Positions 1 through 12,188 are shown, counted from the first letter of the stretch. The stretch: DNA of 64,000 nucleotides from Zygnema circumcarinatum SAG 698-1b (GCA_037447605.1 CM074816.1:1640525-1704524); one strand, 5' to 3'. Notes: generated by a model from the letters alone, not told the origin. Translations and numbers: made by a program.

Positions 1-419
1 TGGCCATCTTGAAACAAGACGGCACCCAAGGCGAATCCTGAAGCATCACAAACCACTTCATAAGGCTTGGACGGGTCCGCTAAACGGAGAGTGGGTGCGG
101 TAACAAGTGCATGGCGCACACCTTCGAATGCATCCTGGCATTCAGGGGTCCATGTAAAGGGGAAACCGGAACGTGTCAAATTAGTCAAGGGAGTAACCAA
201 TTTACTAAACCCTTGGATGAACTTACGAAAATAATTCGCAAAGCCCAGAAAAGACCTCAACTGGTGCAAGTCAGTCGGTGGCGCCCAAGTTTCCACCGCT
301 GAAACTTTGGCAGGATGAGGCCGAAGGCCCTGATCATTCAGGATATGCCCAAGATAAAGCAACTCACGTTGCATGAAATGACACTTCTTCCTCTTGGCAT
401 AAAACTGGTGTTTCCTCAG

Positions 420-863
420 TGTAGCGAAACGCTATACATGGGTTGTATGGCCTAGTACTTACATCCGCGGTTGCCTTTTAATGGTAAAGCACTGGTGTGG
501 GTACAGGGAGGTCTTGTGTTCAAACCCTGCTGAGGTCGGGTTTGTTACATTGGTATCAGAGCCTAATGCCCGGTATTTGTAATCCACCCTAAAAACACCG
601 TGATCTCTGAGCATGGTACGGTTGGCCAGAGGGTTTGAACCGTACATCCCATCATGTGTTGAAGGAGCTTGAACGCTGCTCGTGAAAACCCTTGAGTGCG
701 CTCGAGGACGAGCCCGGTTTAGGTGGGGAGGAATGTAGCGAAACGCTATACATATGTTGTATGGCCTAGTATTTACATCCGCGGTTGCCTTTTAATGGTA
801 AAGCACTGGTGTGGGTACCGGGAGGTCTTGTGTTCAAACCCTGCTGAGGTCGGGTTTGTTACA
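420..863 (+). mobile_element. TRIM (non-autonomous miniature LTR retrotransposon), 444 bp
   Basis: 130-bp LTRs at 420-549 and 734-863 (TG...CA, 4 mismatches); PBS TGGTATCAGAGC 551-562; PPT AGGTGGGGAGGAA 721-733; 5-bp TSD CTCAG at 415-419 and 864-868; no coding capacity. Confidence 0.97.
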
Positions 864-3800
864 CTCAGGGTCTCAAACACTTTGCGAACGTGTTCAAGAT
901 GTTCCTCCTCCGTCTTACTGAAGACAAGGATATCATCGAGGTAAACCAAAACAAACTCGTCCATGCCGATGAACATCTCGTTCATGACAGCCTGGAAAGT
1001 TGCCGGAGCATTAGTCAATCCAAAGGGCAACACCTTATATTGGAAATGACCAATCGGCGTCCGGAACGCAGTTTTTGGCACATCAGCTTCCGTGACGCGG
1101 ATCTGATGATACCCCTGAGCAAGATCAAGTGAAGTAAACACTTTGGCGCCGTGAAGACGATCCAACAGATCATCGATACGTGGTAAAGCAAATCGATTCT
1201 TTACGGTGATCTTGTTGAGTGCACGATAATCAATGCACATCCTCAACGAGTCATCTTTCTTGCCAACAAACAAGACGGGCGCCCCAAAAGGGCTTTGGCT
1301 GGGCTCTATCCAGCCCTTGTCCCGTAAAGTAGTCAACTGCTTACGCATTTCCTCGGTTTCCTTCGGACTTAACCGATAGATCGGCCGCCAAGGCGGCTTT
1401 TGCTCAGGCTCAAGAGGGATTGTGTGCCCCACCCCCCTAGATGGTGGCAACCCTCTTGGAAGGTCGTCAGGGAAGACATCCTTGAATTCATCCAACAAAG
1501 GTTGGATCTGGGATGGAACAGCCGAGAGCACATCCGTAGATGTGATCTGCCATTCCTGATCTTCGTCATGAACATCCTCAGTGGCTGCCATGACATGCAC
1601 CATGAACAAGGTGCAACCCTCCTTAACTGCTTTGGCCAATTGCATAGCCGAGCAGAGATAAGGAGTATCAACCTGCGTGATAGCAGTGGATGTGGGTTTG
1701 CCAGGGTGCAGTGTGATGCGCCTATCCCCACTGTGCAGAATACAGTGTGGGATGGAAAAGTCCAATTGGGCTTTGACCATGGTTAACCAAGCACTCCCTA
1801 AAATAACATCCGTACCAGAGGCCAGTTGTGTCAGAAGACACTTCACTGCCCCGGAGTAGGATTGGAGCCTGATCTTGAGTGTGACGATGCCAGAGATCTG
1901 GCCCCGGCGGCCATCCCCGAAAGTAACACTTTCAGAATGGGGATCTGTGGTCAACCCAAACCTTTGGGTGAATGCAGAACTAACAAAGTTAGCATCTGCC
2001 CCAGTATCTAGCAGTATAACTGCTGGGTGGCCATTGGCTGACCCGGTGAAGGTCATGGCACGATGGGCAAGATGGAACATAGATCGCACTGTATGCGAGG
2101 GTTGAGGACGAGCCGTCCTCCACACCAAGGTGTAGGGTGACCCAACCAGCGAACTGGTGGATCCTTCCATCGTCTGCACCAATTTGTGCCCTTTCCTCAA
2201 CCGTTGGACCAACCGCCAAATGGCGTTGGGAAAGGTGCGAACTGCCATGTGCTGAGGAATCAGCACATGCAGCCCAAGGACATGGGAGGTGTTTCCCATG
2301 ACATGCAAAGCATCCATGGCACATTGCATGAGAACATCATCGCCCATGACATTGAGGATAAAGACATGCCAATCACCATTCATCACTACATCCATAAACC
2401 CAAAAGGAGTCACTACAGTGGCAGGGGAGAGGGAAATGGAAACAGGGAGTGCATCACACACAAAGAGATCGTGCATTCCCAAAGGTCTGCCAACCAATTT
2501 AAGAATGTCCGAGGTTCTAAGAAACAAATGTCCCCTAGTCCTGGCAGCAGTCTCCATCCCTCCCCCTAACCTAGCATGTCCACCAGCAACGACCCCTAAG
2601 CCGCTGGTGGTTGGGGTTTTTCCTCGCCCTCGCCTCTTCTTGTCCTTACGCTCGTGAGGGCAACTTCCGGGCCTTGTGCCCTCCTGCGCAAATGAAACAC
2701 TTGTTCTCCCCACCGCATCTTCCATTTCCTCCGAGTCAACTTCGCGCCGGGTAAAGGTGGGCGGGCAGCCACTCTCCGTTGCTTCCGCTGTTCTTCCTCG
2801 CCATCTTGGCAGAGGCCGGTCCCGCCTTTCCACGACCCCGCCGTTACGCCGCCCACCTCCGCCGGGTCGGGAAGGGCCTGCATCGCCTGCAGGGGCGGTG
2901 TCCAACTGAATGGCTGCATCAAAGAACAGCTCAGAGTCAGCGGGGTCCCACGGTTTCAGAGTCCGTGGGTTAGTCCTTAGCTGCTTCCTCAGGTGTGGCT
3001 TCAAGCCATTCCTGAAGTGGAAAAAGAACTCAGCCTGTCCAGGCTTGTGAGTGGTGATTTGAGGCACCACTTGTCGCAGTCCGCGTAAAACTGCTGACAC
3101 CCGCCAGCTTTTGGGACCATGTTCAAACTTATCCTGGCCTCCCGCCGATCCAAGGCCCTGTAAAGTGTTTGATAAGTTCATCTCCTCTAACTTATCCCAA
3201 TTGTCCTCACCATCGAGAGGCCCCATACACCCGTATGCCGTTCCTTCAGTGCCGGTAAGCAGCTACCCATCGGAGGGGACGCTTGGTCGCCAAAAGGTAA
3301 CCCTTCACGGCTCCAACCACTGCTCAATCGAATCAAATTGCAGCATAGGATGTTCGGCCTGTGCACAATTTCGGCCCGACCTGCCGGACATCTCGTGAGG
3401 TTGGGCGGAGGAGCGCCGAGGACTGATCTTCTCCGGCCTCAGCCGCCTTCTCGGTCAGGTCCCCATCGCTGGTGGTTCTCGGCCACTCTGCGACTTCCCG
3501 TGGAAAACCAGGGGGTTCGATTCTCTCGCTGCCGCTCGTAGCCGTTAGTTGACAGACGACGCCCCCGAGGGGTTTGTTTAACCTCTTTCCCCGTGACTCG
3601 CCGTATCTATCAGCTTCTACAACCGGGGTTCGGGCATACCTCGGGATCCTCCCGAGCCTGTCCGGAAGGCCCCTAACTCCATTTGAGCGTGTCCACCAGG
3701 CGGCGGACCGTGAGCTCCATGTCGTCCATCCTCCCAGGGTAACCCCTGGTGTCCGCGACGACCTGAGTCACCTCCCTCCCCAAATCTGCGATCCTTTTCC

Positions 3801-4109
3801 TTAGGATCGCGCCAGCTCCCACAGTGATGAGCGTCTCATCCATGGGGAAAGACGCGGGAACTTCCGCCGCTGCTTGCATCGGCGGCGTGGGGGAAGGGGC
3901 AGGATGCGCCGGATGGCCTGGGCTATCTGCGGGTTCGACTGCCCCTTCCATGGGGACGCCGCGGCTCTCTCGAAGCCTCTCCATCACCTCGCCCCGGGGA
4001 CAAAGTGTGGAGGGCGGCCCCGCAGGGCCCCGGTCCTCCGCCCGGCGAAAGTGGTCACTATGACCAGGTTCCTTCCCCAAAAGAAAAGAAACCTGGCTCG
4101 ACACCAAAA

Positions 4110-4788
4110 TGTCACGGGCCGAAATCTAGCTCCTTCCGCGAATAACACACCAGCACTCGTGAGTTCAGCCAGAGGCGAGCAAGAGCGAAGCCAGCTCGTG
4201 AGTGGAGCAGCTCTGTCAGGGTGCAACCTAATGCCGGGTATGCTGGTTGGGTGACCACAGTCACCCACGCCTTTACGCCTTCAACCTCTCTACCAAAGAC
4301 ATGGAGGATTGAAGCAGGCCGCCCACGGCGTATCGCCACGTAGTTCCTCTCTCTCAATTCAATGGGTCAGAGGTGTAATAACGCACAATCGCCACCGCAT
4401 TCCCGCGCGCTGCTGCCAGCGACGCGCGCCGGTGACGCGCCAGTGCACGGTCGGATCCTACGCGCGCGGCGCGGGGTTCGACTGTCAGCTCGTCCGTACC
4501 AACGGTGACCCGTAATTGTACGGACGACGGTTACGTTCCAAAACGTAAGGAAGATGTGGTCGGGATTCCGTGATCCCTCGACCACATCGGCGACGCGATA
4601 CATATATGTCTCAGTATACCGCGCCGCATCGAACCCTTGCAACCTTCGCAAGGTTCGATCCCAGGACCCTTCCTGGTCCTAGGTGGTCCCCGACGCCTTG
4701 GCCACTCGGCCCGCGCCCGGGGTGAGAGTACTAGGACGGAGCGCGCCCTAAGTACACCTCCCGTGGGTGACTGTAGCGTTTCGCTACA
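4110..4788 (-). repeat. 5' LTR of gypsy copy 1
   Basis: TG...CA termini on minus strand, followed by TGGTGTCGAGCCAGGTTTC (~4088-4106), a variant of the tRNA-iMet PBS TGGTATCAGAGCCAGGTTTC. Start is homologous to the LTR start at 25600. Confidence 0.88.
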
Positions 4789-4849
4789 GAGAGAGAGTGA
4801 GAGTGAGTCTTATGATGGTAGACAGTATGTGTTGATCTATTTTCTCTCT

Positions 4850-5078
4850 TTCTCTCCATCTCTCCCTCTCTTCTCTACTCTACTCTCTCTTTGCAAATGT
4901 CTTTACGAAAGTTGGGCTGATGTGTGAGAAGGAGAAAACAAGGGGGGAATGTCCAAAGTAGGGGGCGGGATATCCCAAAAGTGTAGGGGGCGGAATAGCC
5001 AAAATGGGAGAGTGGGATTTAAAAAAAAGCAGGGGCGGGATAACTAACCCAAAAGGGGGGCGCGGTATATAGTTCTCC
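4850..5078 (-). mobile_element. Terminal inverted repeat of MULE-like family A (right end), with a further diverged copy at ~5231-5373
   Basis: Reverse complement GGAGAACTATATACCGC... matches 24384 onward, including the inner CACACATCAGC...AAGACATT segment. Confidence 0.75.
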
Positions 5079-5702
5079 TTTTTTTATTGTGTTCTTAGGT
5101 CCTTTGCGACCAGTTTCTTGTGGTTCCCCATGTTGACTTCGTCCATGTTCATTTGATGGCCTCACCAACTTGAGATCAATGCAATTCCCCTTTTTTTTTG
5201 TCGCACAATGTTGGAAGTCAGTAGTGGAAAGGAGAAAACGAGGGGGGTGGGATATCCAGAATATGGGGGTGAAATATCCAAAACAGGGGGCGGGATAACC
5301 AATATGGGCAGGCAAATTTTTCAAAAAGGGGGGGCGGAATAACCAACATAGGGGGGTGCAGTAGCATTCTCCCCCAACAAATTGATTTTGGCCGGCACGT
5401 GTGGTATCATATGGTAACTCCCAAGTCTGCGTTGTTGTTGTTGTTGTTGGGCCTAGAAGCAAAGTCTCGCTTGTGGCTTGTTTGGTTGGTCCCAAAGGGC
5501 CTTTGTGGAGAGCATGTTGTGCATGTTGTGCATGTTGTTCATGTTGTCGTTGTTGCCATCGTGAGTTCAATCAAACATCATTCTTAGCTGTACCTTGTCG
5601 ATTATGAAGTGTCACGTCATAGCATGCCACGTCACGTCATGTCAAGTCATGCCAGGGCACAGCATTGGTCGTACGGCAAGGTACAGGAGTTTACTGTACA
5701 GT

Positions 5703-6543
5703 AGGGGGTGTCAGACTTAACAAAATGTTACGAATATCGAGTTTTTAGTATTACGAGAATCGAGGTTACTAAGTACTAAAAATCATCGCGCCCCCAAACC
5801 TAAATTGAACCGAACGGAAGTCAACTGTGCTAAGTCAACGGGTCAACGTTGCGAAGATTGACCCGTGGGGTTTACTAAAAAGGGCACTTCTTCGTACGAT
5901 TTTGTTCGCACCCAAAAGAGGCGCCGAAATGGACGTGCGAAAAAAATACTGGCGAAAATCGCGTCAAGTGACGTCATGGTTGTTTTCCCGGCTTCCCGCC
6001 CGCGCCAGCGCCCACCCGTGACACGCAACACGACACAACGACAAGCGGTCTCCGCGCGCCGCGCCGGCGCTGTTTCTAAGGGTGGGGGTCCATCAGCGAT
6101 TTTTCGCCGACGTGGAGGTACAGGCGTTGTTTTGGAGGATGATGTGGCGCCGTCGTGGCGCCGACTAGGACCGACGTGGAGGTACAGGCGTAGTTCCCCA
6201 AAACATACCCGCTAAAGTGAGTTCTGGGGAACTACGCCTGAGTTTTCCAATCGTGCGCCGCCGCGTGGCGTTGAAGATCCGTTCGAGATGCCACGGGGGT
6301 ACGGCGGCCACGCTGGCGCACAGCCGCCAACGCGCCTTTGGCGACGCACGTACGGTAACCGCGGTGGGCCACGGTGGACGAGTAAGTGTGTCCACGTGGC
6401 GTCCGCTGATTGGCTCGCGCGACCTCTGATGGAACCCGCAATTCTCCCTTCATGACTCGTGATCCGATGTGGCGGTACAGGCAAACGCTGATGGAATCCC
6501 ACCCNNNNNNNNNNACGAGAATTTTTTAAGTCTGACACCCCCT
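5703..6543. mobile_element. Non-autonomous DNA transposon with 3-bp TSD (PIF/Harbinger-PHIS-like)
   Basis: TIR AGGGGGTGTCAGACTTAA / TTAAGTCTGACACCCCCT; TSD AGT at 5700-5702 and 6544-6546; contains a 10-N gap. Confidence 0.8.
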
Positions 6544-6912
6544 AGTGGGGGGTCCTCATATTTTCCACCCTGGTTCCGGCCAATATGAGGCGAAAATATT
6601 AATTTTGCATATATAAGGTTCGTGTTACGAATAGACGGGCGGTATTATGTTAGAGTTCATGTTGGACCGTACATATCGTATCGTACCGTATCGTATCGTA
6701 TCGTATCGAGCGAGCGCCTCTTACGGCGGCACGAGCGGGGAGATTAGGTGAGTTTTGCGTAAGCCCAGATAGTATGGAAAGTACGGAAAGTATGGGGTAG
6801 TACGAATAGTACGGCTAACACAAGTTACCGTACAAAAAGGTGGTTTCGGCAAAATCGGGGCGAAAATATTGAGGACGCACTCTTTAGGGTGGTAAATACG
6901 AGGACCCCCCAC

Positions 6913-7797
6913 CAGGCCTCTTCAAATAGGGGATTTCGGCTTAAGTTAGGGGACTGTCTCCTAACTTGGTTTTGTAAAAACACGTAAATATGGACTGTAC
7001 GGACGAAACCGTGCACGTACGGACGAGAATTTTGTGGAGACCTTGCTTCATCATTTCCCAACACTGCTACCGTCGAGTCTAATTTTTCAGTAATTGGATG
7101 GGAGAAAGACGAGTTTCGAAAGAGGTTGACAGACTTTTCATTGGAAGGAATTCTTCACTGCAAACAGTTTGATAGTTTGACCGCTCTTCGAGGGTCTCTT
7201 TGAGTAATTTGCATCACTTCTATAGCTATCTTGATCAGCCTAAAACTCCTAAGGGAGTGAGACCATTTTTCATTTCATTTCTAATTTTAGTTCCTATTTC
7301 AGTTTTTCTTTTGTGACTACACCTAGAATTTCAGAGGTTATGATTTGGAATAGAGTTTTTGTGAGGAAATTTCAAGACTATGATGGATTTTAAAGTGATA
7401 CTTGGAGTAATTAATGATGGATGGAAAAGGAAATAGAGAGCTTAGGATTGGATCTACAAAGTTTTCGTGCAATTGGGTTTTTGAATAAGCATTTATATGT
7501 TGTGATTGCCAAATGCACAGTTGTTCTAATTGATTGGTAAAATTTACCAATCCATAAGAGTCGAAGAGGTTGCACCAGTTTCTAAAGTCGTGTTGTAATA
7601 CCAACAAGTAAAGTTCATATACATCATTGCTATCGTGGTTGCAAATGCAATTCATTTCCTTTTTGTTTTTAACCAAAAAAATGCTTTTTTGGGGCTTGTG
7701 TGGTATTTAAGTTGAAATCACGTAAACTAATCTCAAAATCTTACATAAATAAGCTATTTACGATATTTAGGGGATCGCCCCTATTTGAAGAGGCCTG
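6913..7797. mobile_element. Non-autonomous hAT-like element
   Basis: 20-bp perfect TIR CAGGCCTCTTCAAATAGGGG; 8-bp TSD CCCCCCAC at 6905-6912 and 7798-7805. Confidence 0.88.
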
Positions 7798-8049
7798 CCC
7801 CCCACTGTATCTGTACGCGACCGTACAATTGTACTTGCTTTTGGAGGTAAAAGGGCAGCGATGCCAGCGAATCTCTTTTTATCCAGCCCTCCTGAAGTGC
7901 CACGTCAGTAAATGCTTCCAATGGAAACTCGCCATGTGTACATTCGAGTACACGTGGCGTGTTCCGATTGGAGCTGAGCTTGCAAAAGGAGACAAGCCCT
8001 CGCTCTTAACCCTAACCCCTGAACCCCAAACCTCGTCCTGCTCGCCGCC

Positions 8050-11000
8050 ATGGCCACCGCCGCCATGGCTGCCATGGCTGCGAGCTCTCCCTCTTCAGTT
8101 CTCCTCCGCCATGGCGGCCTTCAGCGCAGGAATCAAGCTCGCGTCTTCCTGAACCGTAAACCCGCTTTGTGGAGCAGGAACCCTAATTCTGCACGGAGCA
8201 GGCGGTTCTATGTCCCAGTTTTAGGGTTTGCAGGGAAGGAGGAGGGTTCAGGGGGGGTCGTGGTGGCAGAGAACGGCATGTTCTCCCGCGAGGAGCTTCT
8301 GAACCTGCTGGAGGGGTCGGGTTTCAGGGCGGAGAAGGTGCCGGCTGCTGCAGTAGGGGGGGTTCAGGGCCCTGCGGGAGAGAGAGAGGGAGAGAGAGAG
8401 GTCCTCTTTGTGAGAGCGCATGGCTGCAGTGGAGCGGAGCTTCTTCAAAAGCTTCAGTCCATGGCGTTCAGCGGGAGAGTGGTGAGCGGGAGGAGCTTGG
8501 AGGAGGAGAGAGAGGTGCAGAGAGAGGGGGAGAGAGAGGGAGAGAGAGAGGGGGAGAGAGAGGGGGAGAGGGAGGGAGGGAGAGAGGGAGAGGGTGCGGC
8601 CTTGAACCCTGAAGAGGAGGCAATTTTAGGGTTTTTGTCAAAGCCCAGGGCGGGGGAGACGGCGGAGCACCGGGCGCTGCGGGAGAAGCAGCTCGCCATG
8701 TACTTGGGGGAGGGAGAGGCCTCGCACGTGCGGGAGGACGTCGAGGACCAATGGCAGACCGCCACGTCAGTCCTAGCCCCTCTACCTTCCGAGAGCTCGA
8801 ATTTCTGGGGCACAAAAGCGAAATTTTTGGACTATTTCGTGGAGAAATGGGGCGGGGTGGTGATTTTGGGCGGCCTATTGTTGGTCGCCGCGTTGATGGC
8901 GCAGAACAGCCGGGCAGAGGAAAAAAAGAAAATGAGGGCGAAGGGAGAGGAGCTGAGGGCGGGCAGGGAGAAGCTAAAAAATTTGCAGACCGTGGTTGCC
9001 AAGCTGGACCAATGGGAGAGCGAGCACGGGGAGAAAGGGAGGCCGGAGCTGAGCGCGGGAGAGAGAGAGATGTTCAGAGAGGCCATGGAGCTGAGGAGGA
9101 CGAGGGAGGCGGCGAGGAAGATCATGGGGGAGGGGGAGAGGGAGGGAGAGGGGGAGGGGNNNNNNNNNNGAGGGAGAGGGAGAGGGAGAGGGAGAGGGAA
9201 GGCGTGATGAGGATGGAAAGGGAGGTGCGGGAGATAATGCAGCGAGGGAGCGACGAGGGAGAGAGAAGGCGGGGTAATGATGAAGCGGAAATGAATTTGA
9301 GTTCGGAAAAAGTGATGGAAGAGAAGCAGCTATCCGATTCGATGGACGTGGAATACTTCAAGGGGATGCTGAATGGAAATATTTCGAAGTCGAAAATCGA
9401 TTTAAGTGAAGGTGTAGATATTATCGACGTTACATCGGGATTCAATGATGGAAAAGACGAAAAACTGTCGGCTTTAGCGGGAGATAAAGATGAGGGCTTT
9501 GGAATTGAAGGTGAAGAGAAAGAGAGGGAGAGGGACAGGGAGAGGGCGAGGGAGCGGGAGATGGAGAGGGAGAGGGAGAGGGAGGAAGAGGAGAGATTTA
9601 GAGGGAGAGAGGGAGAGAGGGAGATTGGGGAAGAGAGAGTAGTAGTGAATGGAAATGCGCGGTTTGACACAGTAGGGAATGGAATTTCGGACAGTTCCGT
9701 TCCGTTAAGAGAAACGGAGGAGATGGTGAACAAGGGACTTAGTTCAAACGGGGTTTCGAGTTTGCGGAAAAATACTTTGGGTCCTTCGGTGAAAATTTTG
9801 AGAGCAAAAGATTTAAAACTGAGGGTTTCAAAGGAAGCCTCGGCGGAGGTGAAGGTGGAGGGAGAGAGGGAGCAGGAGGGGGGGATGGGGGAGGGAGAGG
9901 GAGCGGGAGCGGGAGAGAGGAAGCAAGAGAGGGGGAGAGACGCGGAGGGAGGGATGATGGGAGAGAGGGGGGGAGATCCCGAGGCAGAGGTGAAGAGAGA
10001 GAGGGAGGGAGTGGGAGAGGGACGGAGGGAGGGAGAGGAGATGTGGACAGAACGAGAAAAGGAGATTTTAAGGGGAGTTTTGAACTCTAAAAAAATGGGG
10101 GAAGATGTGAGTGAGGACGAAACGAACCTGATTTTAAAGAAATTGACAAATATGATCGAAAATGACGTAGCAGGTGGGTGGGGGCAAAAAAGCTCTTTTG
10201 ATCTATTTATCTTTTTTTTTTTTTTTTCTGTTTCGAAAATTGTGGCTCTCTGAAGGCCTTTGAATTCTCTAGTTTTGTGAATCTTGAAAGCGCATGAATG
10301 AAACCTGGAAACTGTGACACACTCTCCCCNNNNNNNNNNGGTTCAAATGTGAACGGGCGCGGATCTGCAGTTGTCACTTCTTCGGGGTCAGCCAATGGGA
10401 AGCCGCCACGTCTGCAGTCGGAAGATTCCGCCAAGCAGTGGTTACCCGATTTTCAAAGAATGTATGAGCAGGAAACGGATCCCGCTGTAAGTATAATTTT
10501 TTTTTCCCTTTTACCTCCTCGTCGATGTTGATTTGAAATATACTTTCATCAAAGACTGGCGATTGTGAAGTTTTTTCTTATTTTTTATTTTATGTTAATG
10601 AATGTAATATGTGTGCAGTTAAGGAATATTATGGAGGAGATGGGGTCAGATCTCCCTCGGTGGGTGACAGAGGAGGAGATAGACAGTGCGTGGGTGGCAA
10701 AGGGAGAGAATTTGTCGCATCTCGATGTGACAGTGTCACGGCAGAGCGAGATCATCGAGAGGAGAATGAGAGAGCTGCGGGAGAGGGAGAGGGAGGGGGA
10801 GAGAGAGGGGAAGCTTCCTGGAAGCAACCGCAAGGAGACGCGGGCTCTTGGAACGACTTCAGAGGAGAATTGGTGGCTCGAGAGGGAGACGCTTATGGTG
10901 AGTTGAGGGAGGGGAGGGGGAAGGGGCAGGAGAGAGGCGAGGAGGGAGGGGTTTGTACGAGGGAGGAAGAGGAAGAGTGGGAGGGAGAAAAGGGAAGGGA

Positions 11001-12188
11001 GCGAAAGAGATGGAAAGGAAGGAAATATGAGAGGGAGGGTGAGGGAGTAAGGAGTCAGAGAGAGAGGTTAATTGAAGCTTAAGATGACCAGAGAAGTTAA
11101 CAACCCCTCTTTCTCATTCTCTCTCCCTATTTCTCTCATCCCGTCTGCTTCTCCTTCTCCGCCTCCCTCTCCCTCTTCTTCCCCTTCTCTCTGTTTCCCT
11201 TTCTTCCATCGCCCTCTCCTTAACCTCCCGTCTCCACCTCCTCTACCCCTCCCCCCTCTCTCTCCTCCTCTCCCCCACTTTCCCTCTTCCTCTGCCTTCC
11301 CTCTCCCTCTTCCTATCCCACTCCTCCCGAGTTCTCCCGACTCCCTCTCCCTCCCCCTTTCTCTTCCACTCCTATCCCACTCCTATCCCACTCCTCCCCT
11401 CTCCTCCCGTCTCCCTCTCCTTTTCCCGTCCCTCCTCTCCCTCTCCCTCTCCCTCTCCCNNNNNNNNNNTGCCCTATTTTGCGATCCCCCCCTTGTTTCC
11501 CCAGGTCCTTGGGAAGACGGACGGGTCCCTCCTCTCCTTTGGGAGCGAAGCGGCGGAGGAGTTGGGCTCGTCCGTATTCGCCCTCGCCTTTGAGGCCCCG
11601 CGAGACGCGGCGCAGTTCATGCGGAAATTCAGCAAATATGAAAATATGGCAATGCACGAGATGCGAACTAAGGTGAGAGGGAAAGGAAAAAGAGAGGGGG
11701 AGAAATGGTTAGAAAGTAAAGGTGAAATTAAGGGGAGGAAATGGGAAAAAGAGGGGGGAGGGGGGGCGGGGTAGTAGGGCCGAGAAGTTGTTGACCCCTC
11801 CCTTTGGTTGCCTTGTATTCAAATTATGGGTCGGTTTCCACCCCCCTCAATCCCCCCTCCCCCCCACCTTCCCGCCCTTTTTCCTTTTTTTTTTTTTTTG
11901 CGCTTATCTCGCTTAAATGTCAAATTTTGCTTGTCACAGTCTTAAGTGCTTCTCCCCCCCTCCCCTTTTTTTTTATTTTTTTTTTCCGCACAGGATCTTG
12001 TTCGGCGATTGGAATCGGAGGACAAGAAAATTCACGTTTTTAGAAAAACCGAAATTAATTTCGGACCTGGCCGCCGCGAAACGGACGTTCTCGACCAAAT
12101 GCTCGCGGCCCTCGTCGACGCGCAGACGGACGCAGATCTCAAAAATCGGAGTATCGATTTTGCAGAACTGCTAAGAGATTCCGAGTAG
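8050..12188 (+). CDS. EMB1703: EMB1703-like plastid membrane protein (spliced)
   Basis: Ala/Ser/Arg-rich transit-peptide-like N-terminus and one hydrophobic segment (WGGVVILGGLLLVAALMA). Later exons give ETDPA-LRNIMEEMGSDLPRWVTEEEI, ENWWLE, ALAFEAPRDA and IHVFRKTEI, which resemble the EMB1703 family as recalled. Exons ~8050-10173, ~10340-10486, 10619-10897, 11505-11672, 11994-12188; 10-N gaps inside. Confidence 0.62.

Larger units (their letters stand above)
1..4788 (-). mobile_element. Ty3/gypsy LTR retrotransposon, copy 1 (5' LTR, gag, PR, RT, start of RNase H; continues beyond left edge)
   Basis: Minus strand encodes protease LLDTGADANF, RT (RMCIDYRALN, PFGLTNAPATFQ, YLDD) and RNase H YEVVCDASGFALGAVL at 1-60. 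5' LTR 4110-4788 begins TGTAGCG and ends TGACA. gag region is frameshifted. RT is interrupted by a TRIM at 420-863. Confidence 0.95.
5699..7807. mobile_element. Tc1/mariner-type MITE (~370 bp once two nested insertions are removed)
   Basis: Reconstructed TIRs CAGTGGGGGGTCCTC...GAGGACCCCCCACTG flanked by TA (5697-5698, 7808-7809). Confidence 0.8.

Noticed and set aside
472-535. tRNA gene
   Set aside because: Acceptor and T stems do not pair and the segment lies inside an LTR; reported as a tRNA-like module only.
773-863. C-terminus of ORF 773..3226 and ORF 459..647 (VTNPTSAGFEHK...)
   Set aside because: These are read-through into the antisense TRIM LTRs, not protein domains.
5019-5570. 183-aa Gln/His/Thr-rich ORF
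   Set aside because: Composed of (GTT)n/(GCATGTTGT)n repeats and TIR sequence; no recognisable domain.
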